Shown here: one piece after another, positions 1-18,043 of the stretch
How the letters are laid out: each line of letters opens with the position of its first letter
Position numbering within the stretch: position 1 is the first letter of the stretch
Sequence record: OQ031493.1
DNA length: 64,000 bases
Direction: 5' to 3' (one strand)
Notes under the pieces: model-generated
Told to the model about the DNA's origin: nothing
The model's input: only the letters and a program-made list of their open reading frames with translations
The model's database searches: none
Program-made: the position numbers and the translations under genes

Positions 1-25
1 GAGGTAATTTAAATCCATATGTTAC

Positions 26-895
26 CTATACATAGATAGTTATGGACCAAATATTAACAGGGCTGCATAAGACAATTGTGATTAAATCTCCATGAGTTCT
101 CTGATAATGGTTGGAACACATAACTTTGATTAACTTTAATTTTTTAGTTTCTTTATTTTGAATTTCTTTGATAAGTGATTCAATAAGATCAGTAGTAATA
201 AGTGAATGACCATCAATAAATGGTTTTATACTTACTAGCGAATCTTTGTTAAATAGAATTGCATCATCATATTCACATGTAGATGCGGTCTTGTATATGG
301 ATGCAACTTTATTAACTTTGTCATTAGTGACTATAGAAAAATTAAATTCACTCTTAGTTTTACTCAACGATGTTTCAAATAATTTATATTTATCAATAAT
401 AGTTTTATTATCAATAAATGATTTCATTCCAATATTTAAATCTATGTCCAGGGTATAAGAGTTATGTATTAATCCAACTGATAGTTGAGTTTCATTACCA
501 CTATTGTTAAACTTAATATTATTAACTGAACATATCTGATTATTAATAAACGATAATAATAGTTTAGAAATAGTTTTAATAACATTAACTTCATAATCAT
601 TATTAGTACAAGCAAGTGCAGTTGTCATGTATCGACTAACTTGACCAACATCTAGTTTCTGATAGGGATTATCACTATCTATCCATGGGTCAATAGTTAA
701 ATTAATCCTTAGACTAGCTAGAATATCAGAAGATGTTTCAGAATAAATGAAAAACACATTATTGTTAAGATCATCTTTTAGCCAACCACTAGTTCTAAGA
801 TTTTCTAGATCTTTTTCATTAGATACCGATTGACTTAATTGCTGAATTAAACTAGGGTTAGCTAGGTTTAATAAACTAATCATTTTATAAACCAT
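26..895 (-). CDS. hypothetical protein (289 aa)
   Basis: Long AT-rich ORF with upstream GAGGA RBS; no motif recognised. Confidence 0.8.
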   Translation of the reverse strand: MVYKMISLLNLANPSLIQQLSQSVSNEKDLENLRTSGWLKDDLNNNVFFIYSETSSDILASLRINLTIDPWIDSDNPYQKLDVGQVSRYMTTALACTNNDYEVNVIKTISKLLLSFINNQICSVNNIKFNNSGNETQLSVGLIHNSYTLDIDLNIGMKSFIDNKTIIDKYKLFETSLSKTKSEFNFSIVTNDKVNKVASIYKTASTCEYDDAILFNKDSLVSIKPFIDGHSLITTDLIESLIKEIQNKETKKLKLIKVMCSNHYQRTHGDLITIVLCSPVNIWSITIYV

Positions 896-985
896 TTTAT
901 TATCCTCTAATTTATGTAATTACATGGAATAAATAACATAAGTACTTTTATGACTTATGATTTGATTCTCCAGGAGGTTTTCCCA

Positions 986-2224
986 ATGGCAACTATTAAA
1001 GAAGTCCTTGATAGAAATTTTAAGGATGTTCAATTTGATCGCGATTTATGTAAAAGAATTATTGACTTTACTATCAGTTTTATGAATAGGAATGCTGATC
1101 ACTCTGCTTTCTTTGGTGGTGTATTACTAGGTGTACAACAAGTTAAATTCTTCGATACGGATCGTGAGATTTGGTATGATGATGTTTTACGAATTGATGA
1201 AGCGCTGTTAGTCCAAGATTTTAAGTCAGTTGAATTCATTGACCCTAACCATCGTGTAATGTCAGATGTATTCAATCATCTTCCTGCCTATATTTGTTCT
1301 AGGCTTTTAAAAACAACTAATGTTCCTTTGAATATTAGACATGAAGCAATGGTTAGTTGTTTCATGGTGTTGCATTTTAAATATCTAACATCTTTACTTG
1401 TACCACGCTTTAAATATCCTGCACGTAAAGAAGTAGCCGAAGCTGCATTCGCCGCACTCAATTATCGATTTGACATTAAGACAATTGGGTCATGGGAGAA
1501 ACTATTTAGGCAACGGGCTGAAGGTATCATTGCACCTGATTCTATTTATGCACCTTTCTTAACTGGTAAAACACAAGAACTGGATTATTGGTCTGGTCGT
1601 GTAGTATCTGATACTCAAACACGTCTACGTGAATTAATCAACAAGTACTATGATGTTTATATCAGAACACTACAATCAGGTGGTAAATTAGTTATTTCAT
1701 CAGACATGGCTGTTAATTCTGATGGTGAGCAGATTCTACGCGATAAGTCTACTGGGTATCGCTCATATCTTACTTATATCCATCAAGTTGCGCAACAAGA
1801 ACAAAATTTCATTAGACCTGAGCTAGTCGGTATTATTGAAAAGATAATGCCCACAATGCCTCCAGAAATGTTCATGGCAACGCTTAGACACCTTTCCCGT
1901 AACATCGGTCAACCTAGAGCACAAAAGCTTGAGAAACTCGTAGATGAGTGCTTATTGTATGCTTTCGATTATATGCAATCACTCCGTACAATGGTTGCTA
2001 GAAATAATGATCTACAAACATTGCTTGTAAAAATACGAGCAAAGATAATGGCATCTAAAACAGAAAATGCTCAAGTTATTTTCATGCGTGAAGAAGGTGA
2101 GAAGTTAGTTAGGGATGCGACTAATTCTAGGGTACCTGCATATATCGCAGCAACTAGGACTGGGTTGATGTTGTATTTAATTCTACGTGCTATGACTAAG
2201 AATTACTATACAAAAACAAAATAA
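986..2224 (+). CDS. conserved phiKZ-like virion structural protein (gp32-like by synteny)
   Basis: GGAGG RBS at ~972 favours ATG 986 over 950; lies beside the tube/sheath locus; followed by a hairpin terminator. Confidence 0.7.
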   Translation: MATIKEVLDRNFKDVQFDRDLCKRIIDFTISFMNRNADHSAFFGGVLLGVQQVKFFDTDREIWYDDVLRIDEALLVQDFKSVEFIDPNHRVMSDVFNHLPAYICSRLLKTTNVPLNIRHEAMVSCFMVLHFKYLTSLLVPRFKYPARKEVAEAAFAALNYRFDIKTIGSWEKLFRQRAEGIIAPDSIYAPFLTGKTQELDYWSGRVVSDTQTRLRELINKYYDVYIRTLQSGGKLVISSDMAVNSDGEQILRDKSTGYRSYLTYIHQVAQQEQNFIRPELVGIIEKIMPTMPPEMFMATLRHLSRNIGQPRAQKLEKLVDECLLYAFDYMQSLRTMVARNNDLQTLLVKIRAKIMASKTENAQVIFMREEGEKLVRDATNSRVPAYIAATRTGLMLYLILRAMTKNYYTKTK

Positions 2225-2231
2225 ACATAAT

Positions 2232-2252
2232 GCCCTCCCGCAATGGGAGGGC
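2232..2252. terminator. intrinsic terminator between convergent genes
   Basis: gccctccc-gcaat-gggagggc; identical 21-mer at 62176-62196. Confidence 0.8.
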
Positions 2253-2270
2253 TTATGCTGTTAAGTAACA

Positions 2271-2633
2271 TTAGCTAGATTGATCATTACATAAATTTTT
2301 CAGAGCATCGTAAATAGCCACATAAGTAAAAATAGTTAAACTATCTTTAATTTCCTTACGCGGGGTACCACTGAATCCACCCCATGATACATTTGTATTA
2401 CTAACGCATACAGTGCTAATAGCTGGCTCGTGATAGCCACCATCTACTTTACGCTTTGCATAAACCTTAGCCGTAATTTCTCCACGTAACTTTTTGAAGA
2501 AAACTAGAGCACCCGGAACGACTATACGTTTATTACCAATCTTCGTAATAAATTCTTTACGATTAGTAAAGTGCTCTTTTAATAAATCATTAATAATTTT
2601 AGTTAAACTATCAATTTCATTCTTCATCGACAC
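2271..2633 (-). CDS. hypothetical protein
   Basis: 120-aa ORF overlapping the upstream gene end. Confidence 0.7.
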   Translation of the reverse strand: MSMKNEIDSLTKIINDLLKEHFTNRKEFITKIGNKRIVVPGALVFFKKLRGEITAKVYAKRKVDGGYHEPAISTVCVSNTNVSWGGFSGTPRKEIKDSLTIFTYVAIYDALKNLCNDQSS

Positions 2634-3820
2634 GTTGTTAGTTCCTTACAAATAAACTTGATAACGTGATCACTTACAAATTTCAATGGACCAGAACAAT
2701 TAGATTTCTCAATAGCGGTTTCAGTGTATGAAATTATTTGATTTCCACTTAAGGATAATGAATCAAATAATTCATAAGAGTTATTATTTTTATTCTTAAA
2801 GGATACTGCATATTGACTATTTTCACTATTGATGCAAAATAGGTTAATAGCTGGGATAGATACAGAGTTATCTGAAGTATGGCTATTTTCCGTAATATTC
2901 CAATTACTGTATACAGTGAAAATATTTGCAGCTAATAAAAGGTTGGCATTAACCGTTTCTAAACTAACATACTCCACAGAAGTACCTTTATGCCAATATA
3001 GTTCAATTGGATTAACCCAAGTATACCCAATGGTTTTATAGAAGGCATGCATTACATATTCTCGCCAACGTGTGGGTTTCTTATTATCAGTTAAAACACA
3101 CGTAATATTGCCTGACGGATAAATGTGGTGGATGCTACATGCATTAATTTCATCTCTAACATTAGTTGTTTCAGTAATATTAGAATGATCCTGTTTGAAT
3201 AGCCATTTTAAATGACTATTAGTTGTGTCATCACCTTCCCCATTTGCAATGTCATTTTCTAACCACTTTTCAAATGTAGCTTGTCTATCAGGTGTTGGCA
3301 TTCCCCAATAGGTAGCTAAAATGAAACGATAATAGTATCGAATAATATCATCATCGTTAAGAATATTTTTATCCAGTTTCCAGTGATGTTGATACTCGTA
3401 TACTTCGCTTGGAATATTATTTACTTGATACCATGTATTAATTAATACTTGAATTGTTAATTGCCGAATACTCTCACTTGTTAGAGTGTAATATTCCCTG
3501 CTATGCGGCTCTTCAATTGTCACTTCTTGATCAGTATAACCAATGTATTTAGGTTTACCATCGATGAGTGCAAAATTAACATTCCATGATGTATCATTAC
3601 TAAAAGTGATATTAATAAAACCTTGTTCAAAGCTAGGCTTCACTACGAAACTGACATCATCCTTCTGATATGTCATTTGCGTTAGAATACCAAAATTAAT
3701 TTTAGATGTAAATTCTTTATCGAAGTTATGTTTATAAAGTAATCCTAGTAAACAATCAATTTTATTAATAGTGTGGTTTTCTAATAATAAATCAGTATTT
3801 GTAAGTTCATTAATTTTCAT
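2624..3820 (-). CDS. hypothetical protein (398 aa)
   Basis: Long ORF, AGAGG RBS, TATATTAC motif upstream. Confidence 0.85.
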   Translation of the reverse strand: MKINELTNTDLLLENHTINKIDCLLGLLYKHNFDKEFTSKINFGILTQMTYQKDDVSFVVKPSFEQGFINITFSNDTSWNVNFALIDGKPKYIGYTDQEVTIEEPHSREYYTLTSESIRQLTIQVLINTWYQVNNIPSEVYEYQHHWKLDKNILNDDDIIRYYYRFILATYWGMPTPDRQATFEKWLENDIANGEGDDTTNSHLKWLFKQDHSNITETTNVRDEINACSIHHIYPSGNITCVLTDNKKPTRWREYVMHAFYKTIGYTWVNPIELYWHKGTSVEYVSLETVNANLLLAANIFTVYSNWNITENSHTSDNSVSIPAINLFCINSENSQYAVSFKNKNNNSYELFDSLSLSGNQIISYTETAIEKSNCSGPLKFVSDHVIKFICKELTTCR

Positions 3821-3874
3821 TTTAACCTCTATAAAATTTACAATCTAGTTTTACTTATTGAATAAGCAAACATG

Positions 3875-3882
3875 TAATATAT
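3875..3882 (-). promoter_or_regulatory. phiKZ-type early promoter core TATATTAC
   Basis: gtaatata on + strand, ~55 nt upstream of ORF 3820 and downstream of a terminator. Confidence 0.6.
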
Positions 3883-3921
3883 ATCTTAATTATTTTTTAG
3901 CATAGTTTTTAACAACATAAA

Positions 3922-3939
3922 GCCTCCCCGAAGGGAGGC
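3922..3939 (-). terminator. terminator of sheath-tube operon
   Basis: GC stem, UUCG loop and U-rich tail on the minus strand. Confidence 0.85.
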
Positions 3940-3947
3940 GATATGCT

Positions 3948-4129
3948 TTAGCTTTTTTGGTTAGTACCGACAGTCTGCTCATTCTTTTCAGTTTGAGCAT
4001 TTCGCCGAAGTTGACTAACCAGACCATTGCCAGCCGCAACTACATCGGGAGAAAAGAATGCATTGATATCAAAGTTCTGATCTTGGTTGCGAGTCTTCCC
4101 AGGTGGGACCATCGGATATACTTTTGCCA

Positions 4130-4130
<1 letters not shown>
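3948..4130 (-). CDS. small protein coupled to tail tube gene (60 aa)
   Basis: TAATG stop/start overlap with the tube gene; ends just before the terminator. Confidence 0.65.
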
Positions 4131-5014
<884 letters not shown>

Positions 5015-5042
5015 ACTTTTCCTCATTCTGAAAGCCACCCAC

Positions 5043-7181
<2,139 letters not shown>

Positions 7182-7258
7182 CTAACAGTCAATCATAGAT
7201 ATTAATCATAGTTGACCATACTAGTTATTTTTTACTATCCATTTAAGGAGTAGCGGTA

Positions 7259-12589
<5,331 letters not shown>

Positions 12590-12590
12590 A

Positions 12591-12627
12591 TATAAAGCCC
12601 CCTAGGAACCACCTAGGGGGCTTTATA
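12591..12627. terminator. bidirectional terminator
   Basis: 16-bp perfect inverted repeat tataaagccccctagg/cctagggggctttata. Confidence 0.85.
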
Positions 12628-12728
12628 ACGTCTTTTAACACATTATCCATATGAGACTATACTTTACAATTGCCGTTCAATACGGCTTTATTATGGCACA
12701 TTAAAATAAGTACCTTAAAGGGCAGTGT

Positions 12729-14882
12729 ATGGACGTTATACTTTTCAATAGTGATTGGGATAAATACTACAGCGCTAGTGTTGATCTTACTACTAAAAAT
12801 AAATCTTTTATAAAGTTAGCCTTGACTTATAAAAAGATGGGTATTAAAAATTACAAATTTATACTAGCTATATTGGACCAAGGTTTAATTGGGGTGGATC
12901 CATATGACCCTAATCTTAGCGAAGAAATGAAGTTTCGTATTAACATGGAATGCAAATATAATCCTTGGTATTTTTTTAGGGAAGTGGCAAGAATCCCCCC
13001 TAACTCGGGTAATAACCCAATTCCATTCCAAGCTAACCGTGGTAATATTGCTTTATTCTGGTGTTATTTCAATCACGTAGATTTTGGTTTATTACAGCCT
13101 CGTCAGACAGGTAAGTCCGTATCAACTGACGTGCTCAATACAGGCATGATGTATATCTGGGGTGAGAACACTAAGATTAACCTTATTACTAAAGATAACA
13201 AACTACGCAATGCTAACATCGAGCGTCTAAAAGTAATGCGTGATTTGTTACCAGAGTATATCCACTATACTGATCCATTAGATGCGGATAACTCCGAATT
13301 GATGACATGTATTAGATTAGGTAATAGGTATCTAACAGCTGTTGGTCGAAATGATGTTAACGCAGCTGATAAATTAGGTCGTGGTCTTACAGTACCAAAT
13401 ATGCACTTTGACGAACTTGCATATATTAATTTAATTGGTGTTTCACTACCTGTTGCACTTGCGTCAGGTTCAGCAGCTCGTGATGAAGCTCGCCGTGAGA
13501 ACCAGCCTTATGGTAACATCTATACAACTACAGCTGGTAACATCACTACCCGTGATGGTGAATTTGCATATCACTTCTTAACAGGTGGCTGCCCATGGTC
13601 AGAGGAATTCTTTGATCTACCAGATCAGAAAACTCTACATCGTGTTGTAGAAAAAGGCACTACTGGAAAGAAACCTCTAGTTTATGGTGCATTTAACCAC
13701 CGTCAATTAGGACGTACCGATGAGTGGTTATATAACACACTTCGTGAATCAGGTTCATTCGGTGAAATTGCCGATAGGGACTTCTTCAATATTTGGACAG
13801 TTGGTGGTGAAGGTTCACCCTTATCATCAGATGAGAAAGATAAACTTAAAAACAATATGCGTGAGCCAAGCTGGACAGAAATCACGGATGATGGTTATAC
13901 ACTTCGTTGGTATATACCAAAAGATGAAGTAGCCTCACGGATGATGAAGGGTAGGTTCGTTATGGGTACCGACCCATCTGAACTTCTTGGTGAAGATAAT
14001 GACGCCACTGGCACAGTTGTAGTTGACGTAGAAACACATGAGGTTATGTGTGTTGGTAGATACAATGAATCATCAGTGCCATCAATGGGTAATTTCTTTG
14101 CAACAATGCTATTGAGATATCCTAATATTCTTTGGATACCAGAACGTAAATCAATAGGTATATCGTTAATTGACCATGTTATCTTGATTCTACATACTAA
14201 AGGAGTAGATCCATTCCGGCGTATCTTTAACAGAATTGTCAATGAATCATCAGAAAGAGAAAATGATTTCAGAGACATTCAGACTCCGCTATCAGCAAGA
14301 CAACCATCGTTCTATGATAGGTTTAAACGTTATTTTGGTTATGCAACGTCAGGTACTGGTGAGTATTCTCGTGATAATCTATTTAAGGTGGCATTACCAT
14401 CAGCAATGCATTATGGGGTAAGGACCATCTATGATAAACCACTTAGCACGGAGTTATTAGCACTTACTATCCGTAATGGTAGAATTGACCATGCTAAGGG
14501 GAACCATGACGACTTAGTGGTATCATTATTATTAGCCCACTGGTTATTAATACAAGGTAAGAATTTATCTTATTATGGTATCAATGTTCCCATCTTAGGT
14601 AAATCAAAATTACGTGATAAAGAACCAAGTCAACTTGAAAAATATCATGAAGAGAAAGAACAGCAAGGTCGCAAAGAATTTGAAGAGATAATTGAGCAGC
14701 TTCGCGGTGAAAAGAACCCGATGATTGCAGCTAAATTAGAAATGCGTTTGAAACAATTGTCTAAACGTGTTAATATTGATGATAGCAGTGGTGTAGGTAT
14801 TGATGCCATGTTAAATCAAGCTCGTGCAGAGCGTACACGTAGAGTGCGTATTAACAGATATTCTAGAAATAGTTGGTATTAA
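12729..14882 (+). CDS. terL: terminase large subunit
   Basis: Walker A PRQTGKS, Walker B HFDE, RNase H-like nuclease motifs MGTDPS...D and HDDLV; 717 aa. Confidence 0.93.
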   Translation: MDVILFNSDWDKYYSASVDLTTKNKSFIKLALTYKKMGIKNYKFILAILDQGLIGVDPYDPNLSEEMKFRINMECKYNPWYFFREVARIPPNSGNNPIPFQANRGNIALFWCYFNHVDFGLLQPRQTGKSVSTDVLNTGMMYIWGENTKINLITKDNKLRNANIERLKVMRDLLPEYIHYTDPLDADNSELMTCIRLGNRYLTAVGRNDVNAADKLGRGLTVPNMHFDELAYINLIGVSLPVALASGSAARDEARRENQPYGNIYTTTAGNITTRDGEFAYHFLTGGCPWSEEFFDLPDQKTLHRVVEKGTTGKKPLVYGAFNHRQLGRTDEWLYNTLRESGSFGEIADRDFFNIWTVGGEGSPLSSDEKDKLKNNMREPSWTEITDDGYTLRWYIPKDEVASRMMKGRFVMGTDPSELLGEDNDATGTVVVDVETHEVMCVGRYNESSVPSMGNFFATMLLRYPNILWIPERKSIGISLIDHVILILHTKGVDPFRRIFNRIVNESSERENDFRDIQTPLSARQPSFYDRFKRYFGYATSGTGEYSRDNLFKVALPSAMHYGVRTIYDKPLSTELLALTIRNGRIDHAKGNHDDLVVSLLLAHWLLIQGKNLSYYGINVPILGKSKLRDKEPSQLEKYHEEKEQQGRKEFEEIIEQLRGEKNPMIAAKLEMRLKQLSKRVNIDDSSGVGIDAMLNQARAERTRRVRINRYSRNSWY

Positions 14883-14904
14883 ACAAAAAAAAATAATAAT
14901 ACGT

Positions 14905-14929
14905 TACCCTCTTCGCAATGAAGAGGGTA
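14905..14929. terminator. terminator between terL and convergent gene
   Basis: taccctcttc-gcaat-gaagagggta. Confidence 0.8.
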
Positions 14930-14936
14930 TTTGAAG

Positions 14937-15203
14937 TTAAGCAACTCTAGCGAACAAAAGATTACTGGAGTTAGAATTAATATGATAGTTAGACGATCCG
15001 TCAATCCATTTAGCATCGGAAAGCTTGTTTACAAGCTGACCATTGCCAATGTAACCAAGGAACATCTTACCATCGTATACAGCAACTTTGATTTGCTCAT
15101 TTCGCCCATAGACGATCGGCTTACCATTGAATGCTGTTACCTCTAGACCAGTCAAGTACCCGTGGTGGGGATCTGGTCTGGAACTTGTTTCAAAGACTTT
15201 CAT
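14937..15203 (-). CDS. hypothetical protein (88 aa)
   Basis: AGAGGAG RBS favours the MKVFETSS start at 15203 over 15284. Confidence 0.7.
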   Translation of the reverse strand: MKVFETSSRPDPHHGYLTGLEVTAFNGKPIVYGRNEQIKVAVYDGKMFLGYIGNGQLVNKLSDAKWIDGSSNYHINSNSSNLLFARVA

Positions 15204-15267
15204 TAGGAGTCTCCTCTGCAAGTGGGCCCATTTGGGCAAAAAGTCAAGCTTAAACTTGACGACATAT

Positions 15268-15293
15268 AGCCCTCCTGGTTGCACAGGAGGGCT
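15268..15293. terminator. intrinsic terminator-like hairpin
   Basis: agccctcctg-gttgca-caggagggct. Confidence 0.7.
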
Positions 15294-15316
15294 AATCTTT
15301 TCAGAACGTACGGTGT

Positions 15317-15460
15317 TGTTATAATACTGCTAGTGAAAATGCCCACGAGGGGTAAGTAGCTAATCCGCAGTTCTCTTGGACGACACCTGCTGACAGTGTA
15401 GTCGCGAATGCACTGTTTGGAACCCCATTGGTTTAGCGGCCAATGGGGATTTCCTTTTAT
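15317..15460 (+). ncRNA. candidate structured small RNA with extended -10 promoter
   Basis: TGtTATAAT at 15317-25, then three stem-loops and a 13-bp hairpin with U-tract; no credible ORF. Confidence 0.45.
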
Positions 15461-15894
15461 GCCGCTTCGGACTTCTGTTTAACAGGTTTCTTGTACTTCC
15501 ACTTGTACAGTTGGTGCAGGATGAAACTCGGAAGACCCAGTGCCAGTACACCAGCGACGGCTGTACCGACAATCTCTTGGAGAGTGATTGCATTGAACTC
15601 GGTGCCGAAAACAACCTGAGTAATGATAATGATCATCAAACCGATCAGAGTGGTGATCCATAGACGTGGATGCAAGGAACGACTCAGACGAAGCCCTGGA
15701 GCAGAAACGCGTTCCATCCGAGTAGACCAGGTGTGGTTACGGTAGTACATCATGTCAGTGAAGTAATCACTGTAGATGTGCAGCAGTTCTCCACGTTGAT
15801 CACCGGTACCATGAGCCAAGCCATGGTAGTAGTAAATACCACCATCTTCTTTGTGGGTGTAAAGTTCAGCGTTGTCTTTTGTATACATCGACAT
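15457..15894 (-). CDS. DUF1653-like domain plus two TM helices (145 aa)
   Basis: YTHKEDGGIYYYHGLAH...IY...YYR resembles DUF1653; two hydrophobic segments at the C-terminus; ATG just after the N gap. Confidence 0.55.
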   Translation of the reverse strand: MSMYTKDNAELYTHKEDGGIYYYHGLAHGTGDQRGELLHIYSDYFTDMMYYRNHTWSTRMERVSAPGLRLSRSLHPRLWITTLIGLMIIIITQVVFGTEFNAITLQEIVGTAVAGVLALGLPSFILHQLYKWKYKKPVKQKSEAA

Positions 15895-15919
15895 TTTTNN
15901 NNNNNNNNNNNNNNNNNNN

Positions 15920-16461
15920 ACCGGGGTAAGTTGTTTGAGGGCATTGATGATACGGTGAACAGTATCACGTGCAAACTCGCGATTGTGGAAGTTATTGGAA
16001 ATCTGATACTGAAGCTCTACTTCGCCCGTTTCCGAGTTCCGATCGAAATCTTTTACAGTGTAACTGCTATCCAAGATAGCTTCCACCATTTCGTCGTTAA
16101 GTTTGAACTCGGCAATCGTTGGCGAAACTAAACGCCCCTGGAGATTTCTGATGACCTCGTTACGGAACGCGATGGCGCCTTCTGCAATCTCCAGTCGTTC
16201 TTCAACAGAGATGAACGGGTTCTTCCAGAGTTCGGTTTCCATTGTAGGGCGAACAGAAGCTTTCTCCCATGCAATGCACCAGTAGAACCAACGTTCTTGA
16301 ATTTCTTCGTTGGCTTTATCGAATGCTGTTATCGCGTTTTTATTACGGTGACAATCCAGAGGATGAGTAGCCTTCGGAAGCCAGGTGTCAGTCTTCTCAC
16401 AGTAAACGAAACGATCAACACCAGGGGTCACTGCTTGGAATTCCTTCAATTTTTTGTCCAT
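15920..16461 (-). CDS. hypothetical protein, 3' end hidden in N gap
   Basis: Open frame to the gap at 15899-15919; the 334-aa track ORF probably fuses two genes. Confidence 0.65.
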
Positions 16462-16468
16462 GATGACC

Positions 16469-16804
16469 TCAGATATTTACCATGTTCATAAATTCGGTGT
16501 AGTTGTAGCCGGTATTCATATCGAGGTAGTCTTGTTCGACCATGTCGTCATTCAGGTACTTGACGTAAGCCTCGGCGTGAGCAGTGGCTACCGACTTGGT
16601 GAAGAAGTAACGAGCGTGTTGACGGTTCTGTTCGAACCGACGCAGATTAGTAGTGGCCTGACCGCCGAAACCATTGACCTCCATTACCCCGTAAACAGTA
16701 CGATCATCCAGAGTAGTGATCTGTGCAATCACTACACGAGAAGCATTTTCCGAATGGTCGATGAACGTCATACTGTAAATCTCGATTTCTTTGAAGTCTT
16801 CCAT
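16469..16804 (-). CDS. hypothetical protein
   Basis: 111 aa, AGGA RBS, tight packing. Confidence 0.75.
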   Translation of the reverse strand: MEDFKEIEIYSMTFIDHSENASRVVIAQITTLDDRTVYGVMEVNGFGGQATTNLRRFEQNRQHARYFFTKSVATAHAEAYVKYLNDDMVEQDYLDMNTGYNYTEFMNMVNI

Positions 16805-16835
16805 TAGAATTTCCTGTTAAGAAATGAATAGACAA

Positions 16836-16855
16836 CCCCTACCCGAAGGGAGGGG
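16836..16855 (-). terminator. intrinsic terminator
   Basis: GC stem with UUCG-type loop on the minus strand. Confidence 0.7.
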
Positions 16856-16950
16856 CCTTATATCGTTACTTGCTGTGAAGATTTTTCTCGCGTACAGCGT
16901 CTGTTAACTGACGTGGCGGGTTGAGTTGATCTGACAGGAGCTTCCGGAGG

Positions 16951-17208
16951 TTATCCAGACCGATTACTTTCTTCTTGGATATTGAGATTATTCTCTTTAA
17001 GTAATTTGTTGAGGTGGTATTTAACCTCCACCCATTCTAACCTACCCACGTCAATCCACTTCCGATAACCAGGAGCAGCAGGTTTGAGGACCTGGGTTTT
17101 CCAGCGCTGAAATCGGAAGTTGCCGACACGGATATCGGTGCTCTCAACAAAGCGAGGTGGGAGTATACCGAGGTCAGTCAGTATCCCTCGTAGCTTGTCA
17201 GAGTTCAT
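16951..17208 (-). CDS. hypothetical protein
   Basis: 85 aa, TGATG junction with the upstream small ORF. Confidence 0.6.
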   Translation of the reverse strand: MNSDKLRGILTDLGILPPRFVESTDIRVGNFRFQRWKTQVLKPAAPGYRKWIDVGRLEWVEVKYHLNKLLKENNLNIQEESNRSG

Positions 17209-17235
17209 CAGTAAGAACGCCTTGAGTTTCGAACA
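17201..17235. repeat. 35-bp direct repeat, copy 1 (copy 2 at 18296-18330)
   Basis: 32/35 identical by manual alignment. Confidence 0.85.
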
Positions 17236-17337
17236 CCGAAATGATCGATCATTCGTTGGAACAACTTGCCAAACGAGAACTTTTCATACTCGCAGTCGAT
17301 ATGGAGGACATCAACGGTGTCCACCGGTGGATTATAA

Positions 17338-17676
17338 CTACTGCTCATTGGCCATCTCCTTACGTTTGTTTTTGGCCCAGTTCTTTTCATAATCGGAACG
17401 GATGAACTTAGCGCCGGCGGCATTTAGCCAGTAACGCTCCCCTTTGAAATAACGTTCTCGTTTAGCACGGGTCAAGCGAAGAGGATCGAACATATCTTGT
17501 TCCTGACACATGAATCGATTACGCAAGAAGCAGTTATCATTCAGGATTCGAACCGAGTACAGTTGACCAAGCCGGCAGTTAGCCAACTCAGCTTTCTCGG
17601 TACGTAGCCGAGTTTCGTATTTCTTTGCATCTTCGTGATGATTGCAAGGATGTTTCTTTCCAAGTTTCCTAGACAT
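17338..17676 (-). CDS. basic hypothetical protein
   Basis: 112 aa, Lys/Arg-rich, AGGA RBS. Confidence 0.7.
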   Translation of the reverse strand: MSRKLGKKHPCNHHEDAKKYETRLRTEKAELANCRLGQLYSVRILNDNCFLRNRFMCQEQDMFDPLRLTRAKRERYFKGERYWLNAAGAKFIRSDYEKNWAKNKRKEMANEQ

Positions 17677-17687
17677 TATGTTTTTTC

Positions 17688-17993
17688 CTATTCTGTTGTT
17701 TTACGAAAAATCTTATCATGGAACGTCATTGCCAACACGACGCCTATCGAACCACCTAGACCGCTGGATATGATAGCAGGAAGACCCACTATTACAAATA
17801 GTCCAATGGTGGTCAACTCAAGGGTACTGATACCCCATGAGGTGAAGAAAGCAGCTTTTTTGTACCCATGAAAGATGTTTCTTTGTTGAAAGGTTTTTAC
17901 AAAGGCATAGATGAATGATGTAGCTGTACTTAACAGTAGTAATATCCAGATAGGTAGATCATGATTAATGTTAATCACTTCTCTTGTTCCCAC
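17688..17993 (-). CDS. small multi-TM membrane protein
   Basis: Three hydrophobic segments; FQQRN...GG.IG..LAM pattern reminiscent of UPF0316/DUF5698-type proteins. Confidence 0.65.
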   Translation of the reverse strand: MGTREVININHDLPIWILLLLSTATSFIYAFVKTFQQRNIFHGYKKAAFFTSWGISTLELTTIGLFVIVGLPAIISSGLGGSIGVVLAMTFHDKIFRKTTE

Positions 17994-18043
17994 ACGGTGG
18001 GCTCACATTTAGTATGTTGGACATTATGAATATCTTCCAGTTG

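Noticed and set aside
15457-16461. 334-aa single ORF in the track
   Set aside because: Reads through a 21-N gap; an A-rich spacer and ATG right after the gap suggest two genes
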